32,000 nt of DNA, from contig NZ_BCZP01000017.1 of assembly GCF_001598795.1 (NCBI RefSeq), forward strand, positions 60,001 to 92,000. The letters are read 5' to 3'. Each line of letters starts with the position of its first letter. Position 1 is the first letter of the stretch. The translations under genes were made by a program, and so were the position numbers. Positions 1-7,371 of the stretch are shown one piece after another. The DNA comes from Delftia acidovorans NBRC 14950 (GTDB lineage: Bacteria > Pseudomonadota > Gammaproteobacteria > Burkholderiales > Burkholderiaceae_C). A model generated the notes under the pieces. The model made no database searches. It saw only the letters and a program-made list of their open reading frames with translations, and was not told where the DNA came from.

Positions 1-1
1 C

Positions 2-1642
2 TTCTACGCCCCCACCTCCCGCGAGGCCCTGGCCAAGGCGCGCATGGCTTTCGGAGCGGGCACCCTGATCCTGTCCAACCGCAACACGCCCGATGGCGTC
101 GAGGTCATGGCCACGGCCGAGGACACGCTGGAACACAGCAAGGCCGCTGCCAGCAGCACGCCGCTGCAGCAGGCCATCGAGCGCCGCTCTGCAGAGGAAA
201 CCACGGGCCTGCGCCCGCAGGTGCAGGCCAAGCTGATCCAGGCGCAGACCCAGCCGCGCACGGCGCAGCCGGCACTGCAGGCCGCTCAGGCGGCTCCATC
301 GCGTGCTTCCCAGGCAACGTCGTCGGCGATTGCGCAGGCCATCTCGCAGGCAGCCTCGCTGTCGGCAGACGGTGCCGAGCCGGCCGGCCTGCGCCAAAGC
401 GTGCAGGAAGACACCGAACAGCTGGCCATGAGCACCCTGTCCTTCCAGGACTATGTGCGCGAACGCATGCTGCGCCGCCGCCACGAGGCCGGCGTTGACG
501 AGCCGCTGCCCAGCTTTGCCCAGCGCCGCAGCCTGGGCGACGCCCTGCGCGAAGCACCGGCCGCCGCGCCCACGGCTGCACAGCAGCCGTTCAAGGCACA
601 GCCCGCGCCTTCCGTGGCCCGCCACAACCCGCTGCGCGCCAGCGCCGAAGCCCCGCTGCGCGAGACCCTGCGCAGCGAGCCCGCACCGACCATGGCCTCC
701 CAGGCACTGCGCGATGAGCTGCAGTCCGTGCGCGACCTGATCGAAGAGCGCTTCAACACCCTGACCTGGCTGGGCCAGACGCGCCAGAACCCCATCCACG
801 CCAACCTCACGCACAAGCTGATCCGTGCGGGCTACTCCCCCGTGCTGGCCCGCGCCCTGGTCGAGCACATGCCCCAGGACCTGTCCGCCGGCGACGCCGT
901 GCGCTGGCTGATGCAGGTGCTGGAACGCAATCTGCGCACCGACGCCGACCAGGCCCCGCTGTACGAGCAAGGCGGCGTCTTCGCCCTGGTGGGCTCCACC
1001 GGCGTGGGCAAGACCACGACCACGGCCAAGCTGGCTGCCCTGTGCGCCGCCAAGTACGGCGCCGCCAGCGTCGGCCTGATCACGCTGGACACCTACCGCG
1101 TCGGTGCCCACGACCAGTTGCGCTCCTACGGCCGCATGCTGGGCGTGGTGGCCCATCTGGCCCATGACCGCGCCGCACTGCAGGACCTGCTGGGCCTGCT
1201 GGCCAACAAGCAGCTGGTGCTGATCGACACCACGGGCGTGGCCCCGCGCGATCCGCGCAAGGACGAGATCCTCGACCTGCTGGACCTGCCCGGCATCCAG
1301 AAACTGCTGGCCGTGAACGCGGCCGGCCAGGGCGATGCGCTGGACGATGTGATGCAGGCCTTCAAGGCGCGCGGCTCCAGCCAGGCCATCCTCACCAAGG
1401 TGGACGAGGCCGTGAAGCTGGGCCCTTCGGTGGACACGCTGATCCGCCACCAGATGCAGCTGCGCGGCGTGACCAACGGCCAGCGCGTGCCCGAAGACTG
1501 GGAACGCGCCGATGCGCAGCAACTGGTGTCCGCCTCCATGCGCGCCGCCACCCGCTCGGCCTTCGATCCCAAGGCGCTGGACCTGGACTTCTTCTTCACC
1601 CCGTCCAGCCCCAGCACGGAAGGCGAGATCCACCATGCTTGA
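2..1642 (+). CDS. flhF: Flagellar biosynthesis GTPase FlhF (5' end truncated by window edge)
   Basis: The frame is open from nt 2. 'FYAPTSREALAKARMAFGAGTLILSNRNTPDGVEVMA' resembles the conserved FlhF N-terminus, so the true start lies a few codons upstream of the window. SRP-type NG domain motifs are present: G1 'GSTGVGKTTT', 'DTYRVGA', G3 'LIDTTG', G4 'TKVDE'. A long Ala/Gln/Pro-rich low-complexity region lies between the N-terminus and the NG domain. Synteny with fliA supports the call. Confidence 0.93.
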   Translation, partial: FYAPTSREALAKARMAFGAGTLILSNRNTPDGVEVMATAEDTLEHSKAAASSTPLQQAIERRSAEETTGLRPQVQAKLIQAQTQPRTAQPALQAAQAAPSRASQATSSAIAQAISQAASLSADGAEPAGLRQSVQEDTEQLAMSTLSFQDYVRERMLRRRHEAGVDEPLPSFAQRRSLGDALREAPAAAPTAAQQPFKAQPAPSVARHNPLRASAEAPLRETLRSEPAPTMASQALRDELQSVRDLIEERFNTLTWLGQTRQNPIHANLTHKLIRAGYSPVLARALVEHMPQDLSAGDAVRWLMQVLERNLRTDADQAPLYEQGGVFALVGSTGVGKTTTTAKLAALCAAKYGAASVGLITLDTYRVGAHDQLRSYGRMLGVVAHLAHDRAALQDLLGLLANKQLVLIDTTGVAPRDPRKDEILDLLDLPGIQKLLAVNAAGQGDALDDVMQAFKARGSSQAILTKVDEAVKLGPSVDTLIRHQMQLRGVTNGQRVPEDWERADAQQLVSASMRAATRSAFDPKALDLDFFFTPSSPSTEGEIHHA

Positions 1643-2516
1643 AACCTTCCCCCAGCTGCACCAGGGCCTGGGCCTGCACGGCCAGCCCGGCGCCGCCGCG
1701 CCCATGGGCCTGCGTGTGCTGGCCATGCTGCGCGACACGGCCAACGACCCGCAGGGCCAGGCCGAACAATCCCTGCTGTGGCCGGTCTGTGCCAGCCTGC
1801 AGCGCCTGGGCCTGCCCGTTCTGGTGCTGGACGCCAGCCAGGGCGAGTCCCCGGATGCACCGGGCCTGGCGCAGCTGCTGCAGCAAAGCGCCTGGCAGGC
1901 CCGTACCGGCCTGCACCCCGATCCCCGCCACAGCTCGGTGGCCGTGCTGCCGGCCCGCCAGGGCCTGGATCTGCTGCCCCAACAGGCGCGCCAGGCCGGC
2001 ATGACGCCCATGCAATGGCTGCAGCGTCACGTGCGCGGCTACGCCATCGTCATGCTGTATGCCAATGCCGACACGCTGGCCAGCAACCTGGCCGGCCAGG
2101 CCGTGCACCCGCTGATGGTGCTGCCCGAACAAGGCACCCGCGTGCTGGGCTGCTACCGCCAGCTCAAGCAGTTGGCGGTGCATGCCGGCCTGCGCTGCCT
2201 GCTGGCGCCGCTGCTGCCCAGCGCTGATGACCTGGGCGTGACCAGCTACGATTGGCGCCGTGGACAGACCGGCGCCCGCAGCCAGGCCGAGGATGCGCAG
2301 CAGCTGCAATCCCAGATCGACGCGCTGATGCGCTGCGCGCAACGCCACTTGGGCCATGCGCCGGGACTGCTGCCCGTGCGCCTGCACCATGCACCGGACT
2401 TGCAGCGCCTGGCGCTGCAACTGCTCAACCATGCGGGCAGCGTGTTGCCACATGGCGGCCAGGATCTGGCCGCCGGCTTCGCGCCGCTGCCCGCATCCCA
2501 TGCCTGGAGCCACTGA
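1635..2516 (+). CDS. FlhG/FleN-position protein, MinD/ParA-like by eye but lacking Walker A and Walker B (putative pseudo-ATPase)
   Basis: ATG 1635 overlaps the flhF stop (ATGCTTGA), and the stop at 2514-2516 lies 5 nt before the fliA ATG. The 293-aa product has no GK[ST] anywhere. Segments 'LPVLVLDAS', 'VAVLPARQG' and 'YAIVMLYANADTL...PLMVLPEQG' parallel FleN 'RVMLLDAD', 'IRIVPAASG' and 'DVLVVDTAAG...VLLVVCDEP'. The ORF-track start at 1512 is an out-of-context extension inside flhF. Confidence 0.75.
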   Translation: MLETFPQLHQGLGLHGQPGAAAPMGLRVLAMLRDTANDPQGQAEQSLLWPVCASLQRLGLPVLVLDASQGESPDAPGLAQLLQQSAWQARTGLHPDPRHSSVAVLPARQGLDLLPQQARQAGMTPMQWLQRHVRGYAIVMLYANADTLASNLAGQAVHPLMVLPEQGTRVLGCYRQLKQLAVHAGLRCLLAPLLPSADDLGVTSYDWRRGQTGARSQAEDAQQLQSQIDALMRCAQRHLGHAPGLLPVRLHHAPDLQRLALQLLNHAGSVLPHGGQDLAAGFAPLPASHAWSH

Positions 2517-2521
2517 CTGCC

Positions 2522-3235
2522 ATGTACACCGCCAAAGGCCAACTCGACCGCGATGCACTGATCCGTCGGCATGTACCTCTGGTACGCCGGATCGCGCTGC
2601 ACATGATCGCCAAGCTGCCTCCCAATGTGGAGCTTGATGATCTGATACAGGTCGGAATGATCGGCCTGGCCGAAGCCCTGTCCCGCTTCGAGAGCGAGCA
2701 GGGCGTGCAATTCGAGACCTTCGCCAGCCAGCGCATCCGTGGCGCCATGCTCGATGAGCTGCGCGAAGGCGACTGGATGAGCCGCAGCTCGCGCAAGAGC
2801 CAAAAGGACATCGAGCACGCGCTGCACCGCCTGGAGCAGCGCCTGGGGCGCACGCCGCTGGAATCCGAGATCGCCGACGAACTGGGCATGGACCTGGACG
2901 ACTACCAGTCGCTGCTGGGCAAGGTGCGCGGCACGCAGCTGGTGTATCTGGAGGACATGTCGGGCGGCGACGAGGGCGAGGACTTCCTCGAACGCCACGT
3001 GGCCGACAGCGGCGCCGACCCCTTTGCGCTGCTGCGCGACCACCGCCTGCGCGTGGCCCTGGTCGAAGCCATCAAGGCCCTGCCCGAGCGCGAGCAGTAC
3101 ATCATGGGCATGTACTACGAGCACGACATGAACCTCAAGGAAATCGCCGCCGTGCTCGGCGTGACCGAATCGCGCGTGTGCCAGCTGCACAGCCAGGCGA
3201 TTGCGCGTCTGCGTACGAAGATGCGGGCGCACTGA
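2522..3235 (+). CDS. fliA: Flagellar RNA polymerase sigma factor FliA (sigma-28)
   Basis: The 237-aa product starts 'MYTAKGQLDRDALIRRHVPLVRRIALHM'. Region 2 is 'DDLIQVGMIGLAEALSRFE' and the region 4.2 HTH is 'LNLKEIAAVLGVTESRVCQLHSQAIARLR'. It sits downstream of flhF. The ORF-track start at 2252 runs through the preceding gene. Confidence 0.95.
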   Translation: MYTAKGQLDRDALIRRHVPLVRRIALHMIAKLPPNVELDDLIQVGMIGLAEALSRFESEQGVQFETFASQRIRGAMLDELREGDWMSRSSRKSQKDIEHALHRLEQRLGRTPLESEIADELGMDLDDYQSLLGKVRGTQLVYLEDMSGGDEGEDFLERHVADSGADPFALLRDHRLRVALVEAIKALPEREQYIMGMYYEHDMNLKEIAAVLGVTESRVCQLHSQAIARLRTKMRAH

Positions 3236-3240
3236 AAGCT

Positions 3241-3347
3241 CCCCCTGAGCCGCTGCGCGGCTTCCCCCTCTCTACCCGCTTCGCGGGGGAGGGGGACGAC
3301 ACCCTCGCGGCGGGGCGGCCCTTGCTCGGTGTCCCTCGCTTTGGGGC
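3241..3347 (+). repeat. GC-rich palindromic intergenic repeat, copy 1 (REP-like)
   Basis: Starts 5 nt after the fliA stop. The 40-nt core at 3261-3300, 'cttccccctctctacccgcttcgcgggggagggggacgac', is identical to 7173-7212, and the flanks are similar. The core folds as TCCCCCTC(3263-3270)/GAGGGGGA(3289-3296) plus an inner CCCGC-ttc-GCGGG stem. Confidence 0.85.
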
Positions 3348-3404
3348 GCGCCGGTTTTTGGCGCTGCACATCTGATCAGCGCTCGCGGGTCGATGCTGCT
3401 TCAG

Positions 3405-3444
3405 CCCCCTTCCCCTTCCCTCTTCCTCTCCCACTCCCTTTTCT
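3405..3444 (+). repeat. 40-nt polypyrimidine (C/T) tract
   Basis: 'cccccttccccttccctcttcctctcccactcccttttct' has one purine in 40 nt. It abuts and slightly overlaps the TAG stop (3443-3445, minus strand) of the MocR gene. Confidence 0.9.
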
Positions 3445-4894
3445 ATGCGCTGCCGCGCATGGCTTGGACTTCGCGTTCGAAGATGCGCCAGAAGGCGGGT
3501 TCCTGCGTGGTGGCGAAGTTGATGCGCATGCAGGTGCTGGGCTGGCGGCCGGCGTGGAACATGGCGCCGGGGGCGATGAAGTAACCGGCGTCCAGCAGGC
3601 GCTGGGCCAAGGTTTCGGTGTCCACGCCGGTGTCCACCCAGCCGAACATGCCGGCCGGCTCGGCCGCGAAGCGCGCGCCGGCCTGCTGGGCCAGTGCCAC
3701 GCTGCGCATGCGGGCCTGGGCCAGGTGCTGGCGCAGGCGCTCGGCATGGCGGCGCAGCTGGCCCTGGTCCATGCAGTGGGCCAGGGCGCGTTCCATCAGC
3801 GAGGGGGTGGTGAGCGTGGACAGCAGCTTGGTGTCCACCAGGCGCTCCACCAGGGCGGGCGGGGGCGCCAGGTAGCCCACGCGCCAGTTGGGCGCCAGCA
3901 GTTTGGCGAAGCCGCTCACATAGATGCTGTGGCTGAGGCGGTCCAGCACGGTCATGCGCGCGGCGTGGTCGGGCGCGATCTCGCCATAGGTATCGTCCTC
4001 CACCACGTAGAAGCCGAATCGCCGCGCCAGCTGCAGCACCTCGTGGGCGCTGGCCGGTGACAGGCTGTAGCCGGTGGGGTTGTGCAGCACGCTCACGCTG
4101 ACGTAGAGCTTGGGTGCGCAGCTTTCGCAGTAGCGCTGCATCACGGCCAGGTCCGGCCCGTCGGGGCCGCGCGGCACGGGCAGCACGCGCATGCCCAGCG
4201 ATGCCAGGCGCGCGAATTCCACGGCCCAGCCGGGCTCCTCCACCATCACCGGGTCGCCCGGCTGCAGCAGGGCGCGGCTGACCACGTCCAGCCCATGTGT
4301 GGCACCCATGGTGGTGATGATGTGCTGCGGCGCCGCCGCAATGCCCAGGCGCGCCAGGCGCCGCGACAGTGCCTCGCGCAGGCCGATGTCGCCCAGCGGG
4401 TCGCCGTAGCCCACGCAGGAGTCGTGCAGGGACTTGCCCGAGCAGGCCTTGCGCATGGCCGCCGCCAGGAAGCCGGCCTCCAGCCACTCGGCCGGCAGCA
4501 CGCCCGCCCCGGGCTGCGGCCTGCCGCCCACGCTCTGGTGGAACATGCCGCGCACCAGCATGGAGGCATTGATGCGCGTGCCCTTGGGCACGCCAGGGGC
4601 CTCCTCGGCGGGGACGGCACGGGCCTGTTCGGGCTGCAGCAGCGGCGCATCCTGCACGAAGTCGCGCACGAAGAAGCCGCTTTGCGGCCGCGCCTCGACC
4701 AGGCCCTGGGCCTGCAGCAGGTCATAGGCGGCCACCACCGTGTGCGTGCTCACGCCCTGCTGGCGCGCGCATTCGCGCACCGAAGGCAGGCGTGCCCCCG
4801 CAGGCAGCAGGCGCATGCGGATGCGCTCGCCCAGGCGCTCGGCCAGCTGGGTGCTCAGGGTCTGCGGCGCCAGCCGCGAGAGGGGAACGGTCAT
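3443..4894 (-). CDS. MocR/GabR/PdxR-type regulator (GntR wHTH fused to a fold-type I aminotransferase-like domain)
   Basis: The N-terminus 'LAERLGERIRMRLLPAGARLPSVRECARQQGVSTHTVVAAYDLLQAQGLVEARPQSGFFV' is a GntR wHTH. The ~350-aa C-terminal domain is aminotransferase-like ('YGDPLG', 'VSVLHNPTG', 'YVSGFAKLLAPNWRVGY'). I prefer the ATG at 4894 (MTVPLSR...). The track start at 4930 is a TTG inside a tandem repeat. Confidence 0.88.
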   Translation of the reverse strand: MTVPLSRLAPQTLSTQLAERLGERIRMRLLPAGARLPSVRECARQQGVSTHTVVAAYDLLQAQGLVEARPQSGFFVRDFVQDAPLLQPEQARAVPAEEAPGVPKGTRINASMLVRGMFHQSVGGRPQPGAGVLPAEWLEAGFLAAAMRKACSGKSLHDSCVGYGDPLGDIGLREALSRRLARLGIAAAPQHIITTMGATHGLDVVSRALLQPGDPVMVEEPGWAVEFARLASLGMRVLPVPRGPDGPDLAVMQRYCESCAPKLYVSVSVLHNPTGYSLSPASAHEVLQLARRFGFYVVEDDTYGEIAPDHAARMTVLDRLSHSIYVSGFAKLLAPNWRVGYLAPPPALVERLVDTKLLSTLTTPSLMERALAHCMDQGQLRRHAERLRQHLAQARMRSVALAQQAGARFAAEPAGMFGWVDTGVDTETLAQRLLDAGYFIAPGAMFHAGRQPSTCMRINFATTQEPAFWRIFEREVQAMRGSA

Positions 4895-4899
4895 ACGGA

Positions 4900-4949
4900 A
4901 ACGGGTGTGAACGGGTGCGAACGGCTGCAAACGGCTGTGAATGGGTCAC
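4900..4949. repeat. Five tandem 10-bp units, AACGG(G/C)TG(T/C)(G/A)
   Basis: aacgggtgtg | aacgggtgcg | aacggctgca | aacggctgtg | aatgggtcac. A sixth related unit, 'aacggtcata', lies at 4886-4895 and overlaps the MocR ATG. The array lies immediately upstream of the MocR start. Confidence 0.85.
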
Positions 4950-4959
4950 CAGAAAGTCA

Positions 4960-5025
4960 CTGTATCGGGATAGGCACCAATACAGAACATGCAATTGAGG
5001 GTCCAACTGTATTGGCACTGTACAG
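4960..5025. promoter_or_regulatory. Candidate MocR operator / divergent promoter region with CTGTAT-type repeats
   Basis: CTGTAT at 4960-4965. Perfect 9-bp inverted repeat CCAATACAG (4977-4985) / CTGTATTGG (5007-5015). Palindrome CTGTACAG at 5018-5025. This is the AT-richest stretch between the divergent MocR and LysE genes. Confidence 0.45.
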
Positions 5026-5131
5026 GTCTTGCACCTATATTTCATGCATTCGTGCTGCGGAGAAGGCCTGCCGTGCCCTCCTCCCCAACAGCCCCTGCCG
5101 CCTGTATGGAGACCTTCGGGGCCACCGCCTC

Positions 5132-5734
5132 ATGCCACCGTCCGAACTCACCGCCTTGCTGCTGCTCGCCGCTTCCATGAGCTTCAGCCCCGGTCCCAAC
5201 ACCACGCTGTCCACGGCCCTGGCCGCCAACCACGGCCTGCGCCCGGCGCTGCGCTTCGTCCTGGCCGTGCCCGTGGGCTGGTGCGTGCTGCTGGTGCTGA
5301 GCACGGCCGGCGTGGGCGCGGCCATTGTCGCGGCGCCGCTGCTGCTGTGGCTGGTCAAGGCCGCCGGCATCGGCTACCTGCTGTGGATGGCCTGGCGCCT
5401 GAGCCGCAGCGCGCAGATGGCTTCGCTGCAATCGCCGCAGCAGCTGCAGGTGGGCTTCTGGCAGGGCGTGGGACTGCAATTCGTGAACATCAAGGCCTGG
5501 CTGCTGGCCCTGGCCATCGTGGCCGGCTGGCTGGCCGGGCGCGACGACCTGACCGAGCGCCTGACCGTGGTGCTGCCCGTCATGGCCGCCTATGCCTTTT
5601 TCAGCAATCTGCTGTATGCCTGCGTGGGCGCACTGCTGCGCCACTGGCTGGCCCAGGGACGCAGGCTGCTGTGGTTCAACCGTGCCATGGCGACCATGCT
5701 GGCGCTGACGGCGATGTGGATGGTGGCCGCATGA
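5132..5734 (+). CDS. LysE/RhtB-family amino-acid exporter
   Basis: 200 aa. 'LLLAASMSFSPGPNTTLSTALAANHG' is the typical LysE-family N-terminal motif, and the protein has multiple TM helices. It is divergent from the MocR regulator. The ORF-track start at 4082 is an antisense artefact extension. Confidence 0.88.
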   Translation: MPPSELTALLLLAASMSFSPGPNTTLSTALAANHGLRPALRFVLAVPVGWCVLLVLSTAGVGAAIVAAPLLLWLVKAAGIGYLLWMAWRLSRSAQMASLQSPQQLQVGFWQGVGLQFVNIKAWLLALAIVAGWLAGRDDLTERLTVVLPVMAAYAFFSNLLYACVGALLRHWLAQGRRLLWFNRAMATMLALTAMWMVAA

Positions 5735-5968
5735 GGGTCCTCCACCCACGCCCAGGCAAAGGCCGTACTGGCCTGCCCAGCTATTGAAGGGAGGATGCGC
5801 AGACCCTTCACGCCCGCGACAAAATACCCTCATTGCCGGCGCAAGAGCGAGCGCACTATCCGCACTCCGCTCTTCACATGCGGCCGGCCCGTGCCCCACG
5901 ACGGCATGGCAATCCATACCAGCCCGCCCGCATGGCGGGCACCGCAAAGACCTGGAACTGCTTTTTTT

Positions 5969-7147
5969 ATGACGACCTGGACGCTGGCAGACCGTGCTGC
6001 CAAGATGAACCCCTCCGCCATCCGCGAAATCCTCAAGCTCACCGACCGTCCCGGCATCATCAGCATGGCGGGCGGCCTGCCCTCGCCGCTGGCCTTCCCG
6101 CTGGACGAGTTCACCCAGGCCTGCCAGACCGTGATGCAGCGCGATGGCGCCTCGGCCCTGCAGTACGCCACCAGCGAGGGCTTCGCCCCCCTGCGCCAGG
6201 CCGTGGCCGACTTCCTGCCCTGGGAAGTGGACCCCGACCAGGTGCTGATCACCACGGGCTCGCAGCAGGCGCTGGACCTGATCGGCAAGGTCTTCCTGGA
6301 CCGTGGCAGCCGCATGCTGGTCGAAAAGCCCACCTACCTGGGCGCGCTGCAGGCCTTTGCACCGCAGGAACCGATTCCCGTGGGCGTGGACAGCGATGAC
6401 GACGGCATCCTCGTCGAGGACTTCGCCGCCAAGGCCGGCACCGGCGCCGACAAGGCACGCCTGGCCTACGTGCTGCCCAACTTCCAGAACCCCACCGGCC
6501 GCACCATGGCCGAGGCACGCCGCCAGGCCCTGGTGGACAAGGCGCGCGAACTCAACATCCCGCTGATCGAGGACAACCCCTACGGCGACCTGTGGTTCGA
6601 GCAGGCCCCCGCCCTGCCGCTGGCCGCGCGCAACCCCGAAGGCGTGATCTACCTGGGCTCGTTTTCCAAGGTGCTGGCCCCCGGCCTGCGCATCGGCTTC
6701 CTGGTGGCGCCCAAGTCCGTCTACAACAAGCTGCTGCAGGCCAAGCAGGCGGCCGACCTGCACACGCCGGGCTTCAACCAGCGCGTGGTCTCCGAGGTCA
6801 TCAAGGACGGCTTCCTGGACCGCCATGTGCCCACCATCCGCGCCATGTACAAGCGCCAGCGCGATGCCATGCTGGCCGCGCTGGAACGCGAAATGGCCGG
6901 CCTGGACGTTCAGTGGACCCGCCCCGTGGGCGGCATGTTCCTGTGGGTTCGCCTGCCCAAGGGCATGGATGCGCAAAAGCTGCTGCCCGCCGCCGTGGAA
7001 CGCGGCACGGCCTTCGTGCCCGGCGCGCCGTTCTATGCGGACGAGCCCCAGGCCAACACGCTGCGCCTGTCCTACGTGACGGTGTCGGCCGAGCAGATCG
7101 ACAAGGGCATCGCCGCCCTGGCCGACGCCATCCGCTCCACGATGTAA
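5969..7147 (+). CDS. PLP-dependent class I/II aminotransferase (2-aminoadipate/aromatic aminotransferase-like)
   Basis: 392 aa. Motifs: 'MNPSAIREILKLTDRPGIISMAGGLPSP', 'YVLPNFQNPTG', 'YLGSFSKVLAPGLRIGF' (PLP lysine context). The ATG at 5969 is preceded by a T7 run with no clear SD. Confidence 0.9.
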   Translation: MTTWTLADRAAKMNPSAIREILKLTDRPGIISMAGGLPSPLAFPLDEFTQACQTVMQRDGASALQYATSEGFAPLRQAVADFLPWEVDPDQVLITTGSQQALDLIGKVFLDRGSRMLVEKPTYLGALQAFAPQEPIPVGVDSDDDGILVEDFAAKAGTGADKARLAYVLPNFQNPTGRTMAEARRQALVDKARELNIPLIEDNPYGDLWFEQAPALPLAARNPEGVIYLGSFSKVLAPGLRIGFLVAPKSVYNKLLQAKQAADLHTPGFNQRVVSEVIKDGFLDRHVPTIRAMYKRQRDAMLAALEREMAGLDVQWTRPVGGMFLWVRLPKGMDAQKLLPAAVERGTAFVPGAPFYADEPQANTLRLSYVTVSAEQIDKGIAALADAIRSTM

Positions 7148-7151
7148 ACCA

Positions 7152-7272
7152 CCCCCTGAGCGGCTAGCGCCGCTTCCCCCTCTCTACCCGCTTCGCGGGG
7201 GAGGGGGACGACGCCCTCGGCTAGGCGCCCCCGCCGCGAGGCGGCTCTTGCTCGGCGTCCCTGGTGTTTGGG
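7152..7272 (+). repeat. GC-rich palindromic intergenic repeat, copy 2 (REP-like)
   Basis: Starts 4 nt after the aminotransferase stop. The core at 7173-7212 is identical to 3261-3300. The flanks ('ccccctgagc...', '...cttgctcgg(t/c)gtccct') are similar, with one indel. Confidence 0.85.
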
Positions 7273-7371
7273 CCAGTTACCTGCTTGGGCCAGAGGGAAG
7301 CCGACACGCAGTCGAACCAAAGTCCGGCTTGCTGTCGGCTTTTCCATCCTCCCTTCCATCTGCCCATTGCC

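Noticed and set aside
4900-4949. The 10-bp tandem array, considered as a CRISPR or minisatellite-type element.
   Set aside because: There are no spacers. The units are contiguous and only 10 bp long, and no cas genes are present. It is kept as a regulatory or structural repeat instead.
4082-5131. The N-terminal 350-aa extension of the LysE ORF, and analogous track extensions at 18594-19154 for the olsB-like gene, 1512-1634, 2252-2521, 5795-5968, 7264-7371, 12377-12502, 14685-14966, 15638-15736 and 22741-22818.
   Set aside because: The extensions overlap neighbouring genes or repeats and lack any family signal. Internal ATGs give canonical N-termini (signal peptides, HTH, conserved first motifs), often with a GGAG-type RBS. 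Some track starts are TTG codons.
5735-5968. The 234-nt gap upstream of the aminotransferase, with stems AAGAGCG/CGCTCTT and GCCCGCC/GGCGGGC and a T7 run before the ATG; considered as an ncRNA or leader.
   Set aside because: The stems are short and generic for GC-rich DNA. There is no terminator geometry and I recognise no motif. The T7 run directly abuts the start codon and may simply serve as an SD-independent initiation enhancer.
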